Assembly: GCA_009103225.1 (NCBI GenBank)
Contig: RHPI01001507.1
Span: 202,249-266,248, forward strand
DNA: 64,000 nucleotides
Reading direction: 5' to 3'
From: Chlorokybus atmophyticus
Lineage: Eukaryota; Plantae; Mesostigma and Chlorokybus algae
Each line of letters starts with the position of its first letter. The stretch's first letter is position 1. The translations under genes and the position numbers were made by a program. Positions 11,496 through 25,368 of the stretch are shown here, in pieces. Under the pieces are notes generated by a model, which saw only the letters and a program-made list of their open reading frames with translations, did no database searches and was not told where the DNA came from.

Positions 11496-13657
11496 CTATC
11501 TACAGAAGAGCGTCTCCCGAGTATCGTTGCCAGTCACAGGATTGGTGCTGCATTGCAAGGGAAATGCACACAGTGGTCAGGAGAACAACAGTGACAATCA
11601 TTGGGTTTGTGTCTTATATACAATTGACTGTGTAATCTCAAAGTACACGTGCTCAGGCATCAGTGCATGTGTTAGCATGGTGTGCATTGCGCAGGGGTCA
11701 TAGCTATCTGTTGCCGCTCACATGCACGTGCCAACTTTAGCACACATGCACGCGCATGAGCACGTGCACACAAGCTTACCCCTTGGCGCTCTTGCATAGG
11801 AGCTTGCGCTGATCGTCCCGCAGCAGCACATCCGTAAAATCTGCCAAATACAGCATTCACAATGATCAACGCATGCAAGACCTTGCATAGCAACCCCACA
11901 TACTGGCTAATGACATTCGCAAACGTGATGGACAAACCCACGTCAAGTCACGAAGAGCAACTACTGGTTATCACACCTGCGCCTTCAACAATGGCCTCCT
12001 TGAATTGCGTGTTGCCCGTCACAAACGCGCCCGTCAAGTCGGCATTCGTGAAATTTGTCTGCGCATAACACATCAATAACCAACGGGCATTGATAGGCTT
12101 ATCGACACATCAGTGATGCGATACAACTCCGCTCCATACTCTGAAAGCGTTGGCAAGGGACAAGTCTGCCGTGCGCATGTCAGTGTTGCTGAAGTCAGCT
12201 CCTGTGCAGTGAACACGTGTTGTTGTGTGGACGTGAAGCCGCATGAGGTAAAGCAAACAGCAAACAGGTGTTGATTACCAAGATAAATTGATAGTACACA
12301 CTTGCTGCCATGCAAGCGAGCTTGCTACTATACAAAGACAATGCACTCTTCCAAACAAACACCAAATCACTCATCGACCCACAAAGAAGGCAAAACGCAG
12401 CAAGGCAGAAAGTGATACCTGTCAAGTCGGCGTCGAAGAAAGTTGCACCAACCAGCTTGGCTCCAGCAAGATTGGCCTGCCGCAGCACAGACTACGCACA
12501 TGCACACGCAGCTTTGAGTAAAGTACCACTTGATACAACCACAAACCACAGCCCGATGGTGGTGACGCGTGTACGCTCATGTGCGTGTGTCTGTGCGCGT
12601 GCGCGTGTGCGAGTGCATGTGCGCATGTGTGTGCATACGCTCATGTACCCGTGCACGTGCACGCACGTGCGTGCGTGCGCGCATACGTGCGTGTGCGCAT
12701 GTTTGAGCCTGTGTGCGTCTTGCCTTACCGTCTTAAAATCTGCTTTTGTGAGGTCGAGTCCGTGGAAGTCCTGCCCAGTCAGGTCCTGCCCGCGCGTCAC
12801 TTTCTGACCCATGGGACCACCGCCCTGTTGTGCAGAGGACAATGACAAAGCATGTCAGCACGTACACAAAAATGCATGCATGACCACAGTCGCATGGGCG
12901 CACACGCACGCACGCATGCATGCAGCGATCGAGTTGTGTTGCAGCGCGTGTGACGATGACGCGCGCGCCTCTTTGGCTATGCCAATCAACAGCTACTGTC
13001 CGCAGACAAACAACAAGCATGTGCACAAACAACGACAGCTACATGATGCTATGCTGAATCCCCAATTGCACCAAACAAGGCCGAAAACAGGCACTGCATT
13101 CAGCATTGTGGACAAGCGTGTGTGAACGTGCATGCGTGCCAACCTTGTAAGCAAGAGATGGCTCCGCAAAGGCCAACGACAACGCCACAGCGGCGGCGGC
13201 GGCGGCGGCAGCGAAGCCTGGCAGAGACGAAGCAAACGAGGGAGCCTGCTGCTGCTGCTGCGGCTTCTCCTCCGCGCAGTCCTGTTAAGTGTGATAATCA
13301 CCCACATGCACGATCATCATGAGAATGTTTCACACATGAACAGTAGACAGTAGAGCAACAACAACAACAACAACACTAGCAACAGTAATGGCAACAGCAC
13401 GCTTGTATAACCTTCAAGGAGCATGCTACAGCCCGCCGCCCGGCCTTCACCCTGCACGCACAACAACACTGAAAACCTATAAGCAGCCAGCCAAGGCCCA
13501 GGCCTGGTCTGGCCTCGCCTAGCCTGGTCAGGCCTGGTCCATCCCAGGTTGGTTCTCACCGTGCATGCGTGGGCGCTGAGTTGCGCCTCAGCGGCAGCGT
13601 GCTGCTGGTGGTGCGGGTGGCGAGAGCGACTGCGGAGACGACGCCGCCGGCGGCCAT
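11496..13657 (-). CDS. TL15: Thylakoid lumenal 15 kDa pentapeptide-repeat protein
   Basis: Spliced product: transit peptide MAAGGVVSAVALATR..., [111 protein letters not shown]; matches the Arabidopsis TL15 pattern as I recall it. Confidence 0.92.
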
Positions 13658-15145
13658 GACGAGGACGACGACGACGAGAACGACGACGACAAAGAGGAAG
13701 AAGAGGCTAAGCAGGTGATGCTGATGTCAGCAGCGAGGGTTTTGCGCGCAGGTTTTAGGACACAATAAGTCTGATGAGCATGATGATTGGGAAAATAAGA
13801 GGAAAAGCATAGAAAAAGGAAGGAGATTGGGATCGCTGGTCACTAACTCAGTGGCATGCAACTGCTAGCCACAAAGTTCAATATGAATTTCTTATTAAGT
13901 GTGTAGTTATCTAGTGTACACTTTCCACAACACTGCATGAAATGGATATTCGCCTGCATGCGTTGCATGTTCACTTTTTACTTTATTATGTTCATCAACG
14001 GTAATAGCTTTCAACAAGTAATGATATAAATTCTTGAGACATGCTGTATACCAATTCATGTCATGTAAAATTACCGTGAAATTCTAAACACATGCTTCGA
14101 TGTTTACAAGTATAAATATAGTTTCTCAGCCAACAAATTTCCTTAAAAATACTCGCAATATATAAACCCCTTATGATTCTCTTAAGTCATATAAAAGACA
14201 CTTTCCAAAGAATATTTCATTCATTTCACTATGCTAAACATAAGCTATGTTGACATGGCTGATGCAATAAAGTTATTTACCACTTACTTTTAATGAAATA
14301 ACAAGATGAAGTTGTTGCTGACAAGCCTTATCAAACTCAATCATCTATGCGTCAGCATGAGTCCTTGAGTGTGAGTGTACGTTGCCACATTTCCAACAAC
14401 AACTTCGTGGATAATTCTGTTGCAATAAAAGTTTTTGAAGTAATTGTTCAAGCTGAATGCCCTCATTCGATGTCCTCCCCATACTTTTGTGCATCTCTTA
14501 AGGGATTATATTGTGCTTTGCACATTATTATGGTACAAGGTATATGCACCGCCGCGTATAGCCGGGCTGCGGCGGTTATAACCTTATTGATCATCGCGCG
14601 TTACTGAGAAGAGAATACCGATATGGGCGACTATGGGGGTCATGTTAGATGCAATACCCCATCAATCGGGTTTTTGAGGCATTCTCCAAACCGCTTACGC
14701 TCGTCCTGCCCTCTTGCACTTCCACCTAGCCAGTGGGATTGGAGACATTTTCCAAGGAGCTCACGCTTGTCTTGCAACTCAGTGTACTTGCGCCTATCAA
14801 TGAGCTCGTGGGTGTAGCTTGCCCCTACCGTAATCGAGTTGTCTGGCTGTGCTATGCTTGATTCGAGTGTTCCGATGCATTCACAACATCAATCAACCTG
14901 CAGACACGATTGCACACTCACACCATCACCACATGTTCCAGACTATGTGTGTGAATATAGAGTAAGTATAGATTGGATACTATCACACCACACATGTCCC
15001 CAAACGCACATCGCTCAGCACACCACACACACCACACCATCATCGTCATAACCACCCCATTGTCGTCTTACTGTTGCTGCGATTTAACCCACTGCCCTCG
15101 TCACCACAACGTCCAGCACCCGTTCCCGCCAGCGCAGCGTCCGCC

Positions 15146-16663
15146 TCAATACCTGCCGGTCCCAGGCAGCACCTCACCGTCGCACTTGTGGCGCGCCTTC
15201 TCACGCTCCTGTTGCCATTGAGCAAACTCCGGAAACTTTTCTTGCCATGAGGCTGCAGGACAGCTGAGGGCTGTTATGGTTGTTATACGAACTTCATGCT
15301 GCCGACAAAACAACAACCGGTCTAACACGCCATCTGAGCAGGTCGAAGCCTTCCGCCAGGCCCACAATGTCCATGTACTGCGCTCGATGTTGCTGAAGTC
15401 GGTCGCTAACCGCTTACAGCGTGTTTCAACCGCAAGCGACGACATGCGGACGACCACTCTTGGATCACTCAAGAAAAGCCGCAGTGCAAGGCCCCTGCTG
15501 CCTAGCTTGTAAGATTCATACATGTCCATGAGAGTCTCAAGCTTGCTGCGCACGGCAGCACTGTTGCAGTAAAGTAGTTCCGGGCAGCGTTTTACCAAAC
15601 GGACCAACTGAGCATGGTCCATCGCTAGGAAAGCCCGCCAATCAGCAACTTTTTCAGCCACAACGTCTGGCGACCGTGCTAGGACACGAGGAGTGTTGTG
15701 CAGCATGGCGACAAGTTCGTCGTCGCTCAAACTCAGACATGCTTTCAGCTCCGCCATGTTTGTCGCAAGACTCTCAGGAGATTTACTGATAAGATCAGGC
15801 CAGAGTATTCTTGTCGTGCTTGCACCAGGAAATAACTTGCGCATCTGTGGTACAATTTGTTGACCACATTCAATTGTGATCCACATTGTGTATTGACCAT
15901 AATCACAAAATGTTAAAGCTTGGTCAAATGGCATGGCATACCTCATGTATGCGCCGTTCAAGCTCCGTGCGGTTGCGGAATAAGGACCTAGTTTTCCCTT
16001 GTCTCATGAACATCTCCACCCGTGGCGCAGAGAGAGATAAACCCTGCCAGAACTGGCGCATAGCGGTTTGCTCGCTTTCTGACCATGGGGGCAGAGGCTG
16101 TCCCCCCCTCTTTCTTGCTGGCAACTTGTAAGCAAACAAATCTGTTGGTACTGGTCAACTCGAAGACAACGGGTTGCAGTTGATAAACTCATGCGTCTCA
16201 CGCAAAGTAGCTCACCGCGTTGCTCTTGTCCTCCTGATCGTTGTTGAGAGTTGCACTGCATGTGATGTGCAATCGTTCTGCAACGTTGGTATGGTGTCTC
16301 CGCCTGACACCATACCCGCAAGCTTTGTGTTGTGAGCCGTGCTGACATTGGTCAAACAGCAAACACACGAGCAGCAGGCAGACATAATGTGTGACTCTGG
16401 CGTGCAGCAGCTCACTTGTGTGCAGAATGGTACAACCGCGGTGTTGTCACTCTGACTGTGGCAGCTTTTCTTTGGCCAGGTTTGTGTGACAGCGCCGGAA
16501 CTTGCACTGGCAAACAGTCGCATCAAGTCAACTGGCAAGCCACGTGCAGTGTGTTGACAAAAGGGACTTGCACAAGCAGGCTGGCATTTGCTTATCGGGA
16601 CTTACCAGCGTTAATCTTTGATGCGCTGCACGGAGAGTGCTGGATGAGGTAGGTTGGCCCCAT
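15146..16663 (-). CDS. mTERF: mTERF-family protein, probably organelle-targeted (4 exons, long last exon 15146-15843)
   Basis: Repeated Leu-rich helical units ending xP (LISKSPESL, MLHNTPRVL, LVKRCPELL, LFLSDPRVV); in-frame GT-AG upstream exons give a basic Ser/Thr-rich N-terminus. Start codon tentative. Confidence 0.75.
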
Positions 16664-18582
16664 GTTGGAAGTGAACGTGGGAGGTAAGCTTCACCCAGTT
16701 GTAGCGCACCAACCAGCTAACCCATGCAGTGCTTGACAATGCTGCAGCAGAGACAAAATCGTCAGATTGCACCATGGCACTCAATAAGGTACTTGCCATC
16801 AGCCATGCATTGCATTGAAGGCAGCATGGCTAGGTTGATAGGTTCCGAGTGTACATCGACTGTGATCCAACCTACATGAGTAGAACGTGACCGTGCTTAC
16901 TCAAACTGCGGCACTGGCTCTACAATCGAATGCACGAAGCTAGTCAGGTGGTCTGCTTCAAGAGCACACATGTCCAAGAGGAGACGACATACGCAGCACT
17001 GTATGTGGAACTCAACAAACAGCAAATGCAACAGACTCGTGCAGCACAGCGTGTCATAGCAGCACAAGCTGCAATTTGTTGCAACCAAAAGATTCGCATG
17101 CAGGACAAGCGCACTGTCTGTAAGCGAGCTAGGATGACAAACAATAGCTGAGTAATTAGTGGATTTGGTAAGATGCGACGCATGCAGCACAAGACATGCA
17201 TGTAAGCTGCATGTCACACAACATCTTGTCAAAGACATCTCGCAAACTGCGTCTGTCACACAGGCGGTTTGTGAGCTTTGCAACCACGCTGACTGAAGCA
17301 GTGCACAAGCACTACTGACAGCCATAGCAGCAGCACCACTTGCATGGCATACCACTGAAGGAAGTTGCCGGGTCCTGCTGCTGTCCACTGTCCTGTCAAG
17401 GCAGGCCATGCATGCCTGCGGGGCTTATCCCGCCCCCACCACCGCCCCCGCTGGCCATGCCCGTGCAGCCCATAACGTCCATAACCAGGCAGCCAGCATG
17501 CTTGGCACAAACCGTGGCTGGCACCCACCGCCACAGCCGCCCACAACACCGCCGCTGCCAACAACAATATCGCTGCCTTCCCTAGTCTTGCTTGCTATGC
17601 ATGTCAGTGCCGTTGTCCACGGCTTGGGCGCCGTGGGCGCTGGCGGTGGTTGCTGAGGCAGCTGCTGCTGTGGGAGATGATGTGGGAGGCAACGACGAGC
17701 ATGCTGCCGCCTGGGGGTTGTCACGGGCGACATGGCTGTCAGGAGCGGGCGGAGGAAGAGGACAGAGCATCTTTCGCGCAGAGTGTGGTGTATACACATA
17801 TGCCTGCGCTACATAGCGCCTCTGCTGCACAGATTGTCGACACCATGCACACTCTTGCCTGCTGTCCGCTTTACTTTGCTGGTGTTGTGGTCTGTTAGCT
17901 TGGCTACTATAGTCAGGCTAGCGCTGCTCTGGCCCACCAAATCTTGTGAATGCAACTGTTGTTGTGCGTGATTGCAATTGCATATATTCTTCATCTACTT
18001 GCTTTATAGCACGAACACACGCTTGCTGTAGTAGTAATGAGGGAGATATATGTAGAAGAGCAATACGATGGGTAGCATTGTAGTTACAATGACTACACGC
18101 TTTACCTGACACGAAAGGCCACGGATGACTTGAGCAATGCACTTCATGTCTAGCTGTGGGTGGACATCCAACTTCGCTTTCGTATGATGGTGGCGGCAAT
18201 ACTCGTGCATTTGCAAAGGCTGTGGCACCAAAGCATAACATGCTACCTGTAACACGCAGCCAGCCAATCACCAAGACATTGCTCATGGGGGCAAGTTGCA
18301 GAGAACAGCTCGCCGCCACATCCTTGCATGACCTCAACCCTGCACCCTGCAATAGCCTACCACCACCCCTACCAAAACCTACAGCCTGCTACAGCAGCAA
18401 GCCCACAACTTGCCTTAAAGCAATTGATGTCCACATGACGACACTTATGCACAACACAACAAACCATTGGCCATCACCATCACGCCTTGGCAGCAGTAAG
18501 CAGCAGCGTACCCTTTCTGCAACTGGCTTGTTGGGATGTGTATTTGTGTGTGAGTGAGAGTGTGTGGTGTTGTGTGTCTTCA

Positions 18583-21500
18583 TCAAGCGCTGTTCAAAGG
18601 TAGCCTCAGCCCCTTTTGGATCTGACCCCACCCGATGAGTCGCCAATGCTTCTCAACACGCCTCGACAGGGCAATCTTCTCGCCCTCTTTGGTGCATACA
18701 GGTGATGTCAGCTGCAGCTTTGCAAGATCCGACTTGACGGCCAACACGCGCGCGCCGGTGCACATTGAACCGATGTTGAGCATGAGCACCTCACCCTTCC
18801 CAAGCTTCGCCACCTGCAAGCACATCAGCAGGCTTGGATGCAGGCTCAAACCACAGCTGAGGCACATGTACATGCAGCAATCGCAGCCAAAACAGCAGTG
18901 AAACTCCTTATATACGAATTGCACTGCAGCAGTGCATGCATGTGACTAAGAGAATAAGTGACTCACTGAAGAACTGAGTGAATGAATGCATCTATGCACG
19001 AATAACTAAATGAGCGAACCAGAGAGCAGTGAATAACGGACGCAGAGAAAGCGAGCAGCTGCATGCCCTCACCTTGCCACCCTTTTCTGAACCCATAGTC
19101 CGCACACCCAGCAATCTTCTCAAGAGGAAAAAGTTCACTTCCAGCTCTGTGAAGACATCAGGGAGCTTGCCAACCTCGCCCAACACCTGCGCAATGAACA
19201 CATTTGTCATGGATATGAACATATCAAGGTACAAACTGTATGCATCAGCAACAAAACAGCTTCCATACCTGTCCTACAAGTCGATCAGCACGAGTCAAGG
19301 TGGGATCAATTGTTGTGCCGACACCGATAAGTCCACCCGGCACAGCGTACTGAAGCTCGTTTGATTCAGCAAAAAGACTGACGATTCGGCTGCGGATTGG
19401 CGTGCACTTCAAGCGGCCTTCGCTGTCCTTGGAGACAATGCCCGGACGCACTTCAATCTCTTGACCCATTTTCAACACACCCTGCCATAATAACGTTGAT
19501 CAGTCAGTGAACAAGTGCCAGTCAGCTTCAGATTGACTGAATATGAGTGAGTAACTGTGCATGCCCGCGCACGAGAGCTTGCACGCAGTGGATATGTTTG
19601 TACTGTAGCACACTCATTTGCTTGGTCATCCGCAAAGTACATGTGACAGGTACCTGCAGGATAGAGCCTCCAGCCACTCCGCCTTTAATATCGTCCACCT
19701 CAGCACCAGGCTTATTCACATCGAATGATCGAATGACAATCATCTGTGGTGCGGAAACAAAGTCCCTCACTGGAACGGGGATCTGCAAAACCAAAGACGC
19801 AACAGAAGTCAGCACAGCGACATACTCCTTCAGACAAGAAGAACACACATGCATGGCAGTCTGTATCAGTGACAGACACGCAGGTTGACATGTCTGTACA
19901 TTCACCGACATACCTGTCTATACATGCCTGTGCGAGCACGCATGGCATGCATGTGTGCAAGCATGTGCGTGTATGCAGCTTTCATGTCGTGCAACCATGT
20001 GCATAGCCATAGCAACAACCAGCTGCTACTGTTGAATGACATATACGCTCTAAGCATCCTGACACCAAGCACCTTGCCAAACAGAATGCACGCACTGACC
20101 TTCTTTGCGATGTACTCGCAAACAACATCAATGTTGTACTTAAGCTGCGCGGAGATGGGGATGATGGGAGCACCATCGGCAATCGTTCCCTGAATAAACT
20201 TCTCAATCTCTTCATGTTGGTTCGCTGCACTCGACTCCTGGATCAGATCCACCTGTGGGAAGGAACACACTTACAATCAGCCACAAGCCTACATAACAAC
20301 GAGTTATTCACCACCATCAACAATGAACAGAATGCGCACCTTATTCTGCAAGATCAGTATGTGTTTCAGTCGCATAATTTCAACAGCAGCAAGATGTTCG
20401 CTTGTCTGGGGCTGCGGGCACGTCTCATTGCCGGCAATGAGGAGGAGCGCCCCGTCCATGACGGCCGCGCCGTTAAGCATGGTAGCCATGAGAATGTCGT
20501 GGCCCGGGCAATCAACGAAGGACACATGACGTATCAACCGCATCCGGCTTGGGGGGCCACCCGCCGCATGAGACTCGCACAATGGGGCATCCTCTTTGGC
20601 ACTCCCATACGCTCTGCAAGTCAACAATAACCTTTACCTCATGTGCATGCCTCATGCGCGCATAACAGCATAACAGACTGCACAAACAAAGCTTGCCAAG
20701 AGAGTCACACATGCTTGCATACATGCAAAGCAGATTACATGACAAGTGGCCAGTATTGAGCAAATGTGGTAAGCCAACCAATGCATACCTAGCTACTATG
20801 TAAGCGACAGAGAACGTGGTTAAGCAGATTGATGCTGCAGACCAACATACAGGCACGCATGGTCGACAAGTATAGGTATTGTGAACTGACTGTGTTCACA
20901 GCAACATCATGCACATAGGGTCAGAAGCCAACAACATCACTGCAAGTTTGATGCACATACTTGTAGCACGATGGCCGTGGGCATCGCTCATCCTCGCACT
21001 TGTAGATTTTTGCATTTGCATAGCCAAGCTTGATGGTAATGTTGCGCTCGAGCTCGTTCTTGAATCGCACAGTCTGCAGGACGGAAAGACAGCCAACATT
21101 CAAAGATAGTGTTGGCAAGACAGTGTGGATACACATGTAAGCATGCGGAACCACATGGCAACCATTGCTTGCGCATACTGGACAGCTGCATGCAACGCTG
21201 AACACAACACATGACACAAGTGCATCGCACAACAACAACTGCAGCTTGTGTACTACGCGAGTACTACGCGAAATAATAGTAAAGAATAACGACAATGTTC
21301 AATGTCAAGGTCTGACCTGCGAAGACTGCATGCAACTGAAGTGTTTGCAACGCTGCACTGCACGCAGGATGCACTACACATGCATACGTAATAAGATGGC
21401 AAATCTGTGGCGTGCATGCATGATGCTTCGAACATGCATGTGGCAGATCTACGACATCCAACTATGCAACGCCGTTGACAGATTAAACATAGAAAAGCAT

Positions 21501-21820
21501 ATAAGCATGGACTGTAGCAACACAGTCTAATGACCGGAAAAACCATACCTGTACGCCAGAGATAGCCTTTACAACTGTGGACTTGCCGTGGGCCACATGC
21601 CCGATAGTGCCTGCAGCGAAGGACACAAGTCAAGTCAGCAATCCAACAAGTCGAATGACAGCCAAACGCTTGCATGCTTGCTGCAACGTAGAACCTTACG
21701 AAACTGCAACCTACCTATATTGATAGTAGCCTGGCGGGAGATAACTTCTGGGCTGAGCGGATTCAGCTGAGTAACGTCAAGCTTTGACAAGTCCTGCTCT
21801 AGCAACCCTTTCTTCGACAT
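18583..21820 (-). CDS. EIF2S3: Eukaryotic translation initiation factor 2 subunit gamma
   Basis: [99 protein letters not shown] across 9 exons. Confidence 0.98.
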
Positions 21821-21950
21821 GCTGACTAGCACTGACAGCTGCTCAACTGAGCAGCACCACTCGAGCTTTCTTCCCTACACCCACAGTCACCCTGCAGACC
21901 ACCGGCCAAGACCAGACCAACAGCCTACCAGGCGAAGCCAGCACTGGGCT

Positions 21951-22120
21951 AAACCCTAATTGCTCAGTCTCTCAGCGCTGCTCCACTTGACCTCAACCCA
22001 AGCAAGCACACCCCGTCCAACCTCAGATCAAGCCTCCTTGTCCTTGTCCTCCTCCTTCTGATCCTTCTCCTCCGCCGCCGCCTCCGCCCCCTTCGCCTCC
22101 GCCGCCGCGGGTTAGGGTTT
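21951..22120. promoter_or_regulatory. Two telo-boxes (AAACCCTAA) in the eIF2-gamma promoter and 5' UTR intron
   Basis: AAACCCTAA at 21951-21959 and TTAGGGTTT at 22112-22120; telo-boxes are known upstream of plant translation-machinery genes. Confidence 0.7.
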
Positions 22121-22235
22121 TGTTCTGTCGGCGACTTATTTTGCTTGGTTATAGTATTGTGTGCATTGTTAACCGTAAATTGAGTACTTCTTCAGTTAGA
22201 TCTGATCTCAGATTACAGTTAGTTTGAAGCCTGAT

Positions 22236-22269
<34 letters not shown>

Positions 22270-23140
22270 GAAGGGAGCTCTGCGTTGCTTGTGGGGACCG
22301 CATGAGGATTACGAGGACGAGGAGGACGAAGAGGAGGAGAAGGACGGAAAGGCTGGTTGGGAGAGACTATTGACTGCGGCGTTTGAGCACGTAAGTTGCA
22401 GTGGTGCTTACGGGCCGGGTGGCTTCAGGGTTTTGGTGCTTTGCCTAGTCTAATGCCGTCCACGTGCTTATTATTGACTATTGCCGCTTGCCGAACTGGT
22501 TATCGTGTTTACCGTGTCATCGTTATGATCGTGCTTTAGGCCGGTGTCTATTATGCAAAATGTGCCAATCTTCGGTCGCGACCTTCTCTGTTGGGAAGCC
22601 ACATCTAAATCTGTTGAAATGCCAACAAAGGCAGTAGAGCTTGTTTGGGACCTACGTAGTAATCCATTGTTACGGCGCAAGCGGCATTGACTACAAAGGG
22701 ATCGTTAATTCTCGAGCATGTCTGCTGCGGTACAGCTATGCTTGCTCGTCATCAGCGCGTGTTTTGGGCTGGTTGAAGGCATGCTTGAGGTGACGAGTTG
22801 GTGCAGACATGCATTTACGCATGGAAACTGGTGCTGGCAAACACGCACGTGCGTGCCTGCGCACACTTGTGCGCACTTGCACATATACACATGCACGCAC
22901 AGGCGCGCGCGCGCGCTACTGCTTAAGCACATATGCGCATGGCCACTTGTGAATGTGTACATCCACGCAAGCGCTGTGAAGCCCTTCTCACAGCTCCTAC
23001 GCTTGCAACCCCATGTGACCTTGATCATACTATCACATCTGTTTACAAGCGTTGTGATTCAATGAATGCATATGCAGGACACTACAGGGGAGAGTAAAAA
23101 GCATACACATTGGTCATTCTCATCCAGAGCAAAGGCGGCC

Positions 23141-24555
23141 ATGGAGCTGAGAACAGCCTCCACGCTGCTGTTATGCGCTTGTTTGGCTCTACTTTCTTGC
23201 ACCATCCACTCTGCAGGTATGTTACGGCTACTTGTATATCACTTCTGCAGCTTGTCTTGTCGCGAGTGTATATGCATATGGGTGTGTCTGTACACAAGCG
23301 TCATATGTGTGGTTACAATATATCTGGGTGTGCTACTGTCACCTATGAACCATGGTTCCAGCTGGTGATCATTGTAACCTATGGATGTGTGTAGCTTTGT
23401 ATCAAACTGCAACTGTATGTTACATAGATCGTCGTTAGTCCCTATGTGCATATCAGCCCTTAATTGCTAATGTATGTATGCGCAGCGGCTGCTTCCGTAA
23501 CGCTGAAGTCGCTGGTCATTTACAACAAGCACGAGTCATTTGGCAGACCGGAGATCTACTTTGAGTGTTTGGGCAACACGACGGAGGCGCGCGCAATGCT
23601 GGATGACGTGCAGAAAGAAGGTCTGTTCACTGGTTTGTGATGGTCATTGAACCCTGCAACTACCCTGTGTGTGTCATGTTTTCCAGTCAATTCATGTTTG
23701 TACATCTTGCTATCAGCATATTGCCTGCCTTCGCGGTACTTGCGATGTTGTTTGTTGACCACTGAGCATCACTATGTGTTGTTGCACTGGACGATCATTG
23801 CTGTTGCCTTGCCAAGCGGAATGGATGTGAGCTTCCGAAAAAGCACATCTGATGTCAAGCACACATATCTTTTATTGTCATGAGATGTTGTACAAACACA
23901 TTACTCTTTACCTGTGCATTGTTGCTGTTGGTAGCAGTCTCATCACATACTTCATTGGGCTCTCAAAATCCTTGTGACTACATACCACACCGACCTATCC
24001 TGACAAGTTTTGCCTGATTCATGTTCTGCAGGTGTCGTGTACAATTTCACAGCCGATGCATCCTGGCAACCCGCTGTTAAGAACTTGTCAGAGGGGCAAT
24101 GCATAACATGCGGCTTTTTCGAGAAGGACCTTCTGAAGTCTGATGACCAGTTGGGCACATTTGAGCTGTGTTACAACACCTTCGCCTACTTGAATAAAGA
24201 CACTGGTATCCCCAACAAAGCGCTCATCAAATCCGTCCCAACCGAATTTGATGCAGTTTTCGAGTGCGGGAATTGCACATTTAGTTCTGATTCATCACAA
24301 GCGTCATCCGGAGGGACGCAAACAGGAGATTCAAAGGCTGACGAGCAGTTTCATAAGGGACACGGGGCCATTTTCGTGCTGTTTATTGTTATGGCGTCCA
24401 TAGCTGGAGGGTTTGCGTTGGGTGTTGGCGCGGTGAAGCTGTATAAGCACCAACAGAAGCGGAGAAAGCTCAAGCAGATGCAGCAGTTTGAGATGCTGTT
24501 TGTTGAAGATGGCCACCACATCTATGGCCTGGACGATGCCGATGAGATATTGTAG
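23141..24555 (+). CDS. Type I membrane protein of a conserved plant uncharacterised family (3 coding exons: 23141-23216, 23486-23620, 24032-24555)
   Basis: Signal peptide MELRTASTLLLCACLALLS; ectodomain VTLKSLVIYNKHESFGRPEIYFEC...SWQP...C..CGFFEKDLLKSDD...C; TM AIFVLFIVMASIAGGFALGVGAV followed by a basic KKRRK-like stop-transfer stretch. Confidence 0.8.
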
Positions 24556-25368
24556 ATTGGATGCTGTAATGACTTGATCATTAGATGCCGTATAGCATTT
24601 GTAAATAGCTGTCATACTAGTGGTTGGTTGGCGGTTTTACTCTTTTTGTGTTTGTTGTCATGTAGAATTGTCTGTTCATTAGCAGCACAGGGCTGGCGGC
24701 TTAGAACCCAGATAGGTGCCACTCTCTTGTACATACTACCTTATTGTCGTGCGTAACATGGTGTGGTGTCCATGGCTGTTGTCATGGTGTCCATGAGGTT
24801 GGTGCTGCTTGGCAAATGAGCCCATAGCCAGTATATGTAACATTCATTTGTTAGCCACGAACGGCAGACTTGCGATTTTGTTGACCTTGATCTCAGCCAC
24901 AACAATGCGCCTCAGCAACAGCATGTCACTTGGTCGCAGCATGTTCACAATGGCAATTTCATACAAGAACATGGAATCATCACTTGTGCGTGAGGCTTGC
25001 TGTGCCAGGTGCGATGCCTGGATCGCAGCTACGGTTGCGTGTGATGGCTATACATATTGTGTGCTTGGTGCAGGGAAGCACAACCAACAAGATAGTCAGC
25101 CAGCTAGAGTGCATGACATTAAAACACAAACCCAGCAGGGTTTCGTTGTGCAATCTTTGTGTGCTGGCATATGCGAATGCGGCTGGGCGGGGTGGATAGA
25201 CGGATGCTTATAACAATCTGAACGTGACAGATGTTGCATGCACTAAGCACGCATGCGCATTGGAGAAAACATGGCAGTAAGCAAAACAATGATGTACATT
25301 CTCAGAAAAGGGAGGCTCAGCGCAAGGAAATGTCTCACACTCAAAGCTTTAACAGGTAATGAGAGTTA

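Noticed and set aside
17425-17733. GC-rich minus-strand ORF MSPVTTPRRQH... with a good start context, between eIF2-gamma and mTERF
   Set aside because: No recognisable domain or supported splice partners; may be a leader or uORF. Left unannotated.
24820-25050. Protein-like minus-strand frame (SDDSMFLYEIAIVNMLRPSD...PFVANK) downstream of PIS
   Set aside because: No homology recognised, the opposite strand is also open, and it lies where two convergent 3' UTRs meet.
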